In this document: positions 51,891 through 60,801 of the stretch, piece after piece | How positions within the stretch are numbered: position 1 is the first letter of the stretch | Layout: every line of letters begins with the position of its first letter | Assembly (NCBI GenBank): GCA_965218585.1 | Contig: CBDCLE010000001.1 | Coordinates: forward strand, 1 to 64,000 | Direction of reading: 5' to 3' | Length of the DNA: 64,000 nucleotides | From: Terriglobia bacterium | Lineage (GTDB): Bacteria; Acidobacteriota; Terriglobia; 20CM-2-55-15 | The notes under the pieces: model-generated | What the model was told of the DNA's origin: nothing | What the model saw: the letters and a program-made list of their open reading frames with translations, nothing else | Databases searched by the model: none | Made by a program: the position numbers and the translations under genes

Positions 51891-53408
51891 CTAATCAATG
51901 TCGTGGGAATAGTGCACCGGACAGCCCGGGTGGAAAATGCCAACCTCTAGGTTGCTCGTGCAGAAGTCCCGGGCTCGCTGGACCTGTTCTTTGATCCCGG
52001 TTACTACCTCCTCGAACGATGTGACGATCCCGTGGACCGGGATGTTTATTGCCGGATCCAGTTCGTAGAGCATGACGCTGTCCAGATAGGCATCGCCCCA
52101 AAAATGCCAATCCCAGTTGTACGTTGTGAAGTCGCCTTCCAGGAAGATCCTGTGCTGCGGGATATAGGCGAACACCGCGTTGGCCATGTGGAGGTGGCCA
52201 ACCGCATGGTACACGTCCAGCCGCATGGTTTCGTCTTCGAGCACCAGGTGCTGGTCAACGGGAATGAACTTGAGCCGCTGTGGATTCCGCGCCAGCGCGT
52301 CGGGGAAGTTTGGTGCCGGGCGGGCGACCATCTCCTCGAAGATCTGCTCGTTACCACGATGCGTGATGATGGTCAGTCCACGAGAAACAGCCGCTCTCAA
52401 CCCCCCGGTATGGTCGAAGTGGTGGTGACTGACAATGACCTCGGTCACCTCTTTGCCCGGAACCAATTGGTTGGCGGCGTCGATCCGGGCCAGCGTGTTC
52501 GCTTCACTGCCATACGCCTCGAACATTGTCAGATGGTCGGCGAATTCGACCACCGCGCCACCGCTCCCCCCGCTGGCCGCCCTAACGTCCCAAACGCTGT
52601 CCGCAATCTGGGTGACCGCAACCTGCGGTTCGCCACCGCCACCGATTCGTTCCCCACTTCCAGCTTCGGGAAACTCCGGCATATCGCCGACATTCAAGCG
52701 GTAGGAGTCGACCTGGAACATCAGGGTGATAGTGTCCCTCCAGTCGATCTTATTCATCAGTCCAACGGGCAGTCGAACACCGTCGAATGGCAGATATCCC
52801 GTAAAGTACGCTGTATTGACAACCTCTCCGAGCGTCGAACTCGGACTGATCCAACGCACCCAAGCCGGCAGCCGGGTCAGAGGATCGATAGCGATCCACA
52901 AAGTGCTGTCCTGATCGATCGTGAACTCGACCACTGTCAGGCTGGCCTCAGTGGTCACTGGCCCCAACTCGGTTTCGGGATCCAGAGCCTTGAGCACCGC
53001 GGTTAGCGGGTGGTTGAGCATCGCGACGCCGGTCTGGACCAAATCGCTGCGGTTCCATGAATGACCTCTGCGGGCGGCGAATGGGAAGTCATTGCTCCTC
53101 CGATCTTGATTCAGCGCTTGCTCATTTCGAAGGTCGAAGCTTCGCTGAGCGTCGCGCACCGACTGCCATTTCGGCGGCGCGTTCGGATCGGGACTGAGGT
53201 TTCCACCGCCGCCTTGATAGATGCTCTGGCCGAAGCCGGTGTAGACGAAATTCTCAAGGTTTTCCAAACGTTCCAGACCGCCCATTGCATCAGCGGCGCT
53301 TTCGAGGATCGCTCTCGCCGTTTCCTGTTGAGCCAAGACCGTGCCAGAGGATACAAACAGACCGGCGATCATGCTGAGTCCCACTAGAGTCCAGTGTCGT
53401 TGTCGCAT
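51891..53408 (-). CDS. Secreted metallo-beta-lactamase-fold hydrolase
   Basis: Signal peptide; SHHHFDHTGG motif, later H and D ligands, PVHG. Confidence 0.8.
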   Translation of the reverse strand: MRQRHWTLVGLSMIAGLFVSSGTVLAQQETARAILESAADAMGGLERLENLENFVYTGFGQSIYQGGGGNLSPDPNAPPKWQSVRDAQRSFDLRNEQALNQDRRSNDFPFAARRGHSWNRSDLVQTGVAMLNHPLTAVLKALDPETELGPVTTEASLTVVEFTIDQDSTLWIAIDPLTRLPAWVRWISPSSTLGEVVNTAYFTGYLPFDGVRLPVGLMNKIDWRDTITLMFQVDSYRLNVGDMPEFPEAGSGERIGGGGEPQVAVTQIADSVWDVRAASGGSGGAVVEFADHLTMFEAYGSEANTLARIDAANQLVPGKEVTEVIVSHHHFDHTGGLRAAVSRGLTIITHRGNEQIFEEMVARPAPNFPDALARNPQRLKFIPVDQHLVLEDETMRLDVYHAVGHLHMANAVFAYIPQHRIFLEGDFTTYNWDWHFWGDAYLDSVMLYELDPAINIPVHGIVTSFEEVVTGIKEQVQRARDFCTSNLEVGIFHPGCPVHYSHDID

Positions 53409-53676
53409 TTTCCCCTCCCGCGAACTTCTATTGTTGGATCCGTTTTCGAACCCGTCGTGATGCCTATTCATAGGACCTAAGAAAGAAGGTCTCCCACCCT
53501 ACTACGCGTTACTTCATGCAGTAATTACGGCAGAATTATTGCCTTCCACGTTGTGTTCACGCAAGGACTATGGCTTGCTAGTCCGGTCGTTTGTGCAGGC
53601 AGTGGTGGGTGATGCCGAGTAACTCACCAAACAAAATGCCCCAGACTGGCTTGCGACAACCCACCCGGACGTATAG

Positions 53677-55142
53677 TACTACTATGTTACAAACGAAGCG
53701 GTCCACAGAACGGACAACGAGGAAGCTGCTGAATCAGGAAGCGGGCGATGCGAATGCGAAGCGTGGCAATCGAGCAGGGGTTATGTCGTTCGGGCCGGAT
53801 CCGGGGTTCCGCGGGGTTTGAAGTGTTTGGGGAGTTTGGGGACGGATAGTCCAACATGCTCGACAAATGCAGAGGGGGAAAAACGGCTCCGCTCGGCGAC
53901 CAGGAACCCATAAGAGGCAATACATAAGGTGCCATGATGGTGAAATCCACGCCAGCCGCGACCTTCGTAGTGTCCCAGACCGAGTTCCTGCTTGAGTTCC
54001 TGATAGTCGCGTTCGATGATCCAGCGCTGTTTGGCCTGACCGGCCAGATCGGAAAGCGAGGTATGGGCCCCAAGAGTGGAGAGCCAGTACCGGATCGGTT
54101 CGGATGCGGTCTTGGGCCACTCGACCAACAACCACTCTTTCGGATGCGGCGAGTGGCGCTCGTGATCCAGATGAGCGGGACGAATGCGAACTGCGGCGAA
54201 ACGGGAACGCAGGGTCTCGGAGGTGCCTTCGCGCCAGGAGACGTTCTTCCAACGCTGGGGAGACAACGAGAGGGCCAGTTGCTTGACCGAAACCGGTTGA
54301 TGTTTCTTGTTGCGCTGCATGCGGGTCGGTGTCCGTCCGCGGCCGGTCAAGGATTTCGGCGGCAAGGGACCCTGGCCCGGTTTCCACACGGTCGTGGTGC
54401 CTTGCACCCCTAGGACGTAGCTAAGTCCGAGTTCGGTGATGCCGTGCCGGAACTTGTAGTTGTTGCCGTAGGCCGTATCGCCCAGAACCGGTGCCGGAGC
54501 AATGCCGTCATCGACGGCCTGCCGGATTTGTTCCAAAGCAATTTGAGGTTTAGTTTGAAATCGAACGTCTTCGGGAATAGCGGCTTTGCTTCGACGTTCC
54601 GGATCCTTCGCCCAGGTCTCGGGGAGGTAGAGTCGCCATGCCACCGGCAAGCTGGATTTCGCTGTCGCCACCGACAGGCTCACCGCCACCCGGCAGTTCT
54701 GGTTTGCCGACCTGTCCACAGTATTGCCGGGCCACACCCACCGAGTGGGTCCCCTTTTTCACGAATCCGGTGTCGTCGACAATCCAGGCTTCAATCGGAC
54801 CGTTGGCTTCCATCGCCCCCAGCGCGTACTGTCGAACTTCTGCCAACAGAGCCGCATCGTCCCAGGGCGCATCCGCGACCAGATGATGTAGCGACTGGTG
54901 CATTCGGCGTACATTATCCGGAGCCAATCGTGCAGCCATCGGCTCCACACTCTTACGTTTGATCGGCAGCAACAACCCGGTGCAGTACGACTTCAACGGT
55001 TCATGACGATCGGCGTGTCCTGCGGCCGACGCCAGGCGTTCCAAATAGGCCGCAAAACGTTTTTCCTGAGTGCCTGGCGCCTTCGATTTGGCGCTCATGA
55101 CCGGATGCTAACATAAAATAGACCGTTTGTAACATAGTAGCA
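53677..55142 (-). mobile_element. IS701-family insertion sequence
   Basis: 19-bp terminal repeats T(A/G)CTACTATGTTACAAACG; ATAG duplicated at 53673-53676 and 55143-55146. Confidence 0.9.
53687..55098 (-). CDS. IS701 transposase (two 1-bp frameshifts, near 54700 and 53800)
   Basis: RKSVEPMA, VDDTGF.KKG.HSVGVARQY, RLYLP, DTAYG, RWIIE..K.ELGL..YEGR and C-terminal RPERH..LPRCPFC. Confidence 0.85.
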
Positions 55143-55170
55143 ATAGTGCCCTATACGGAATAGTGAAGTG

Positions 55171-55210
55171 TCAACGCCCGAGAAATCAGCCATCTTCGCG
55201 GACGTTGAGA
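55171..55210. repeat. Palindromic repeat family B, copy 3 (diverged)
   Basis: TCAACGCCCGAGAAATCAGCCATCTTCGCGGACGTTGAGA. Confidence 0.6.
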
Positions 55211-55377
55211 ATTGGGCGAATTACGGCGGTTGAGCGTTTTCTTGCCAATAATCCTCCTACCTAGATAGACTTACCAGGATTTCGCCGTTTCTTTTGAAGA
55301 CACTTTTTAAACATGGAATCTGTCACCATGTCGGCAGATCCCTTAGACGAAAAACCATCAACCGATTGGACATTGAA

Positions 55378-56400
55378 ATGAGACACATCTCCCGGCTTGT
55401 TCTTTTGACAGCATGTTTAGCTCTGACCTCGGCATCAGCGGGTGCTCTTCAACAGATTCATGACCTCGGCCTGACTCCGGAACGAGTTCACTGGGGCTAC
55501 TACGACGGCGGTCTGGAGCCCGTTCTCACGATCGCCTCCGGCGACACTGTTCGCGTGGAAACCCTCCTGGCACGGGGGTTGGAACGGCTTCGACTTGCCG
55601 GCGCGTCCGAAGATGAAATACCGGAGACGCTGAAAGTGGTCGAGGAAGCCATCCAGGATCGCGGTCCGGGCGCCCATCCGATGACGGGCCCGATCTGGGT
55701 CGAAGGCGCTGAATCGGGAGACGTGCTCGAAGTGCAGATTCTGGGCTTCGAGTTCCTTCATCCTTTCGGCGTGAGTTATTTTCTGCCCGGCGCAGGGACG
55801 CTCCCGGACGATTTCCCCTACACGAGGGTCAAACTCACACGCTTCGATCCCGAAACTGGCAGGGTTGATTTCGCTCCAGGCATCACGCTCCAGCTTGCAC
55901 CCTTTTTCGGTTCGATCGGCGTAGGCCCGGATCCGATTCTCGGCCGGGTCAACACCAACCCGCCGGGACACCATGCCGGTAACCTCGACAACAAGGACCT
56001 CGTCGCAGGTTCGACGTTGTACCTTCCGGTCCATGTCTCGGGAGGTCTGCTTTCGTTCGGCGACGGCCACGGTTTGCAGGGCGATGGTGAAGTCGCGTTG
56101 TCGGCACTGGAGACTTCACTGCGGGGGACAGTGCGGATCATTCTGCACAAGGACCGCACTCTCAAGCGGCCCCGGGCTGAAACGCCCACCCACTACATCA
56201 CGATGGGATTGCACACGGACCTGGATAGAGCGGCGGAGATGGCCACGCGAGAGATGATCGATTTCCTGGTTGCCGAAAAGGGAATGGAACCCGGGACCGC
56301 CTACATACTCTGTTCCCTGTCCATGGACCTGGCCATCACGCAACTCGTGGACGGGACCAAAGGCGTCCACGCGAAGATCGCGAAGTCTATTTTCGATTAG
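55378..56400 (+). CDS. Acetamidase/formamidase-family protein (exported)
   Basis: VHWGY, HPMTGPIWVEGA..GD, GNLDNK and GDGHGLQGDGE. Confidence 0.88.
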   Translation: MRHISRLVLLTACLALTSASAGALQQIHDLGLTPERVHWGYYDGGLEPVLTIASGDTVRVETLLARGLERLRLAGASEDEIPETLKVVEEAIQDRGPGAHPMTGPIWVEGAESGDVLEVQILGFEFLHPFGVSYFLPGAGTLPDDFPYTRVKLTRFDPETGRVDFAPGITLQLAPFFGSIGVGPDPILGRVNTNPPGHHAGNLDNKDLVAGSTLYLPVHVSGGLLSFGDGHGLQGDGEVALSALETSLRGTVRIILHKDRTLKRPRAETPTHYITMGLHTDLDRAAEMATREMIDFLVAEKGMEPGTAYILCSLSMDLAITQLVDGTKGVHAKIAKSIFD

Positions 56401-56474
56401 CACCTATACGGCAAACAAACAGGTCGCCGTCGGTCTTCAGCGGGAGGCGAACCGGCGGGCTTCCACAGAGTTTC

Positions 56475-58190
56475 CTACGGCATTCCCGGAGGGGGACTCC
56501 GGCGCATCGTAGCCTGTTCGAAGGCGTATGCCAACTCGAGCAACCGTGGCTCGCTGCATGCCATTCCCGCGAAACTCACACCGAACGGGCGGGGCTTCGG
56601 CTCGAAGTCTTCCGGCATGGGTGGGTCGGCCTCGGTCAGCGCAAAGGCGAACGGCACGATCACGGTCGGATAGCCTGGCCGAGCCGAGATTCCAGCGCCG
56701 CTGGAGGAGGGAAACAGGAGCGCGTCCAGTTCGAGGCCCGTCATCACCTCGTCGATGCCGTGCTCGCCGTTCAGGCGTAGGTCCCGCGCGCGATCGGCCT
56801 CGTACGCGGCGCGATCTTCCTCCAGGTCCAGCTCGTCCGCACCGTCGAGACGGGCCTGCCCGTACTTGAGTGTGCCAGCCTGCTCGTGAGCCAGGTTCCA
56901 CTCGCGGAGTTCGGTCAGTGTCTTGACGGGGGCGGTGTCGCCGAGGGACTCGAGCCAGAGGTTGAAGTCCCGCTTCATGCCGTATGAGAGCACGCTACTG
57001 TTCGGGTTCGACATCAGGTTGTTTTCGGGATCGGGGTCGACGACGCTCGGGATGTCAGCCGGATCGACGATCGTGGCTCCCTGCTCGATGAGAATTGCGA
57101 TGGCCTCGGCCATCACGGCCCTTCCCTCGTCGGAAAGCCGGTCCTGCGACCTGTCGGACCCGGGGACGCCGACAGATTCGTAGTAGAGAGCTCGAGGAAT
57201 GCCGATGCGAGCGTCCGCCAGCCCGTCGGCGCGGAGAAACGCTCGGTAGTCTCCGTTCGGCGGAGGTTCGCATAGTGATGTCGCCGGATCATTCGGGTCC
57301 GGCTCCGAGCCTTCGAGGGCGCCGAGCATGATCGCGGCATCGGTGACAGTACGCGCCATTGGGCCGGCCGTGTCCTGATCGGCGGTGATTGGGATCACGC
57401 CCCAGCGGCTCACCCGTCCCACGGTCGGCTTAATCCCCGCAAGCATGTTGGCATTCGATGGGGTCAGGATGGAGCCCGACGTCTCGGTGCCCACGTTCGC
57501 GACCCAAAAGCTCGACGCCGTCCCGATGCCGGAGCTGGATCCACCCGTGCCCATCACGGGGCGACCATCGTTCAGCCCCTCCCGCGGATCCCGTCGCGGG
57601 TCGTACGGGTTCAAGCCAAAACCCCCGACCGCGCTGTAGTTGCCAGGCATCCCGGCGGCGGTGAAGTTTGCGAGCTCGGTCATGACCGTCTTGGCGAGGA
57701 TGATGGCTCCGGCCTCGCGCAGGTTCGTCGTCAGAGTCGCCTCGTACGGCGGCACATAGTCTTCGAAGGCTAAAGCGCCCCCGGTCGTCGGCACGTCGAT
57801 CGTGTGGACGTTGTCCTTGAGCGCTATCGGAATGCCGTGGAACGGTCCTCTCACGAGGCCCGCAGCACGTTCTTCGTCAAGCCGGTCCGCTTGGGCGAGC
57901 GCATTGGCGTTGACAGCAATCGTCGCGTTTACCTGTTCTTCGTAGAGGGCGATGCGCAGAAGATGTGCTTCGACCAGTTCACGTGAGGTGATGCGCCCCT
58001 CCTCCATCGCGCTCTGCATGTCGGTGATGGTCGCCTCGACGACGTTGAAACTCTCTTCGGGGCCCGTGGCTCTCGCGCACGACACGAAGAGCCAGGGAAG
58101 AAGGACTGCAGAGATCACAAGCGCGGGACCCGGACGGACCCGGCTTGATAGGTGTTGGATATCGGATTTGATTCTCATGTCATTCCTCAT
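56475..58190 (-). CDS. Amidase-signature family protein
   Basis: HGIPIALKDN, GGSSSG, GTETSGSI and GIKPTVG. Confidence 0.9.
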   Translation of the reverse strand: MRNDMRIKSDIQHLSSRVRPGPALVISAVLLPWLFVSCARATGPEESFNVVEATITDMQSAMEEGRITSRELVEAHLLRIALYEEQVNATIAVNANALAQADRLDEERAAGLVRGPFHGIPIALKDNVHTIDVPTTGGALAFEDYVPPYEATLTTNLREAGAIILAKTVMTELANFTAAGMPGNYSAVGGFGLNPYDPRRDPREGLNDGRPVMGTGGSSSGIGTASSFWVANVGTETSGSILTPSNANMLAGIKPTVGRVSRWGVIPITADQDTAGPMARTVTDAAIMLGALEGSEPDPNDPATSLCEPPPNGDYRAFLRADGLADARIGIPRALYYESVGVPGSDRSQDRLSDEGRAVMAEAIAILIEQGATIVDPADIPSVVDPDPENNLMSNPNSSVLSYGMKRDFNLWLESLGDTAPVKTLTELREWNLAHEQAGTLKYGQARLDGADELDLEEDRAAYEADRARDLRLNGEHGIDEVMTGLELDALLFPSSSGAGISARPGYPTVIVPFAFALTEADPPMPEDFEPKPRPFGVSFAGMACSEPRLLELAYAFEQATMRRSPPPGMP

Positions 58191-58200
58191 GATGCCGCCT

Positions 58201-59373
58201 CTACTCGCCTTGTTCGACCAACCAGTCAAGCGCCGCTTGCGCGCCGCCAGCTTTGAACGGTACTCGGGCGAGCTGAAGCCCCATCTCCACGCCACAGAGC
58301 GTACCCGCCAGCATCAGTTCGTTGAGCCACCCCAGGTGACCGATGCGAAAGACCCTACCCTTCATTTTGCCCAGACCCGTGCCCAACGTCATGTCGAAAC
58401 GCTCCAGGATCACCTTGCGCAGCCGATCAGCGTCGTGGCCTTCCGGCATGACCACGGCCGTCAAGCTGTTTGAGTGCTCGTCGGGATCCAGGCTGAGATT
58501 CTCCAGGCCCCACCCAGCAACGGCTCTACGCGTGGTTTCGGCAAGCCGGGCGTGGCGGGAGAACACGTCTTCGAGCCCTTCCTCGAACAGCATGATCAGT
58601 GCTTCATCGAGACCGAAGAGCAGATTGGTGGCCGGTGTATAGGGAAAGAAACCACTCTTGTTCGCCTCAAGGACCGCGCTCCAGTCCCAGTATGACCTGG
58701 GCAGGGTCGCGTCGTTGGCAGCGTCAAGCGCCTTGTCACTTACCGCATTGAAGCCGAGACCCGGAGGCAGCATGAGACCTTTCTGGGACCCTCCAATGGT
58801 TACGTCCACGCCCCATGCGTCTTGTTGGTAGTCGGTCGAGCCGAGCGAAGAGATCACGTCCACCAGAAGCAGAGCAGGATGAGCTGCCGAGTCCATGGCT
58901 TTTCGGACCTGGGCGATCTGACTGGTAACTCCTGTGGACGTTTCGTTGTGGACGACGGCAACGGCTTTGATCGTTCTATCGCTATCTGCCGATAGTCTTG
59001 CCTCGATGGTCTCGGGCTGCACCCCGTGGCGCCAATCTCCGGGAATGAACTCCACATCGAGCCCAAGCTTCGTGGCGATGTCGCGCCAGAGCACAGCGAA
59101 CTGTCCCGTCTCCACCATCAACAGTGTGTCGCCGGGGGAGAGGGTATTCACCAAGGCGGCTTCCCAGCAGCCCGATCCCGACGACGGAAAAATAATCACC
59201 GGACCCGTGCAGTTAAAAACCTGCTTCAGCCCGGACAGGAGTCGTTCTGTCAGCTCTCGAAACTCCGGGCCGCGATGATCGATCGTGGGCCGATCGATAG
59301 CCCGCAACACGCGGTCGGGCACATTGCTAGGGCCAGGAATCTGCAGGAATTGTCTACCGGATCTCTTTGTCAT
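58201..59373 (-). CDS. Serine--glyoxylate / alanine--glyoxylate aminotransferase (class V)
   Basis: GRQFLQIPGP, DHRGPEF, VHNETSTG, GSQKGLMLPPG, FPYTP and FRIGHLG. Confidence 0.9.
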   Translation of the reverse strand: MTKRSGRQFLQIPGPSNVPDRVLRAIDRPTIDHRGPEFRELTERLLSGLKQVFNCTGPVIIFPSSGSGCWEAALVNTLSPGDTLLMVETGQFAVLWRDIATKLGLDVEFIPGDWRHGVQPETIEARLSADSDRTIKAVAVVHNETSTGVTSQIAQVRKAMDSAAHPALLLVDVISSLGSTDYQQDAWGVDVTIGGSQKGLMLPPGLGFNAVSDKALDAANDATLPRSYWDWSAVLEANKSGFFPYTPATNLLFGLDEALIMLFEEGLEDVFSRHARLAETTRRAVAGWGLENLSLDPDEHSNSLTAVVMPEGHDADRLRKVILERFDMTLGTGLGKMKGRVFRIGHLGWLNELMLAGTLCGVEMGLQLARVPFKAGGAQAALDWLVEQGE

Positions 59374-59672
59374 TGCTTCTTCGTTTTGTCTGAGAGCAAG
59401 CGCCACGCAACACAATAACATGAAGGGGACGAGCGCCGCCCGTGCCCTAGAAGGCGGATGTTGGCTTGAGACCCTGCGTCTTTTTTGAGAAAGAAGTTGG
59501 ACGCAACCAATTCCCAGACCTCTAAAGCGGCCACTGGGGCCAAGGGACATGCTGGCGCTTCTAGTTTGATAAGCTCTGAATGCTCATGCTACGTTTTGCC
59601 GCGATTTCAGTAGTGTGCTGAACAATAATGGCGCACAGATATCCATAAATATTCAACAATACGGAGAGAACA

Positions 59673-60311
59673 ATGAGACTTCTTCTTGCACTATCGGTCG
59701 TCGCCACTCTGTTTTGCTCGTTGACCCTCGAGGCTCAGGACAACCGGATGAGTTTTTTCGTCACAAGCGAAGGGCCGGGTAACGGGGCCGACCTCGGCGG
59801 ACTGGCCGGCGCCGACGCCCATTGCCAGGAACTCGCTGCGTCTGTCGGCGCGGGCAACCGGACATGGCGCGCATATTTGAGCACCGAGGCCGACGGGGGC
59901 CGGGGCGACAGCGCCCGCCTTCGCATCGGCAATGGTCCCTGGTACAACGCGCACGGCGTGCTCATAGCAGCCGATGCCGACGAACTGCACGTGTACAATC
60001 GGACCATAAAGAAGGCCACGGCCGTTGACGAGAACGGCGATCAAGTCAATGGTGTCGGGGACAACCCAAATTGGCACGATATTCTGACGGGCTCGATGGG
60101 AGACGGGATGGCGTTCTTCCCGGACGACGACGATCACACCTGCAACAATTGGACGAGTAGCGGCGACGGCAGTGCCATGGTCGGGCACACGGACCGCTTC
60201 GGCGGAGGCAATCCCTCGTGGAACGCGGCCCATGCGTCGGCTGGTTGCAGTCAGGCTCAGTTGCAGGCCACTGGTGGCGGCGGTCTGTTCTATTGTTTTG
60301 CCGCAGACTGA
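59673..60311 (+). CDS. Secreted lectin-like (endostatin/C-type lectin fold) protein
   Basis: SFFVTS, LGGLAGADAHCQ.LA, HDILTGS, TC.NWTS and GLFYCFA. Confidence 0.75.
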   Translation: MRLLLALSVVATLFCSLTLEAQDNRMSFFVTSEGPGNGADLGGLAGADAHCQELAASVGAGNRTWRAYLSTEADGGRGDSARLRIGNGPWYNAHGVLIAADADELHVYNRTIKKATAVDENGDQVNGVGDNPNWHDILTGSMGDGMAFFPDDDDHTCNNWTSSGDGSAMVGHTDRFGGGNPSWNAAHASAGCSQAQLQATGGGGLFYCFAAD

Positions 60312-60556
60312 GTCGCTCGCCGTTCCATTGACGAGAAATCAGTTTCAGCAGATGCGGGAACTCGCAGTCCGTTCCAAGCGGAACCGAAGGTGAGTTCCCG
60401 CAAATTGCCTTCAGAGAACCGAAGGGGACCGACTTCGTGTGCTTACAACTTTAGTCTGCACTCAGATTTACTCCAAATTCCACGGTTCAGTTCAACCATG
60501 AACGGGACGATCCATAAGCGAGGGTTGAACGTTCGGCATCGCCAGAAGGCCCTCTG

Positions 60557-60801
60557 ATGCATCACAGATATTTGCTATTTGCGATTGCAGCAGTGATCGT
60601 TTCGTTGATTACCGCATGAGGTTCACAGGCTCCTGTGATCCAGGGGATGGAATTGGATTCGAGACCCAGCGAAACTGTCCCTCTGGCTGCACTGGTGACC
60701 TTCGAGACCGACCGGCAAACGACGGTGGCTTTGAGGTTCGATGACGGTGATTGAAGCTGGAGTGTGGACACTGGGGCGAGGGCCAACACGAAACACGTAG
60801 T
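60557..60801 (+). pseudogene. Aryl-sulfate sulfotransferase, 5' exon (two in-frame TGA)
   Basis: Lipoprotein-type signal MHHRYLLFAIAAVIVSLITA*GS, then PLAALVTFETD; TGA at 60617 and 60752. Confidence 0.7.

Noticed and set aside
40210-53006. Long antisense ORFs (e.g. 40210-41703, 52032-53006)
   Set aside because: Shadow frames of high-GC coding genes with no recognisable motifs.
48328-55210. Integron attC sites
   Set aside because: About 38-40 bp, shorter than known attC sites; poor RYYYAAC/GTTRRRY match; no intI.
60617-60619. Selenocysteine at the lipobox Cys position, or genetic code reassignment
   Set aside because: The gene has two more stops including TAA, and TGA terminates normal genes here (der, surE, queE).
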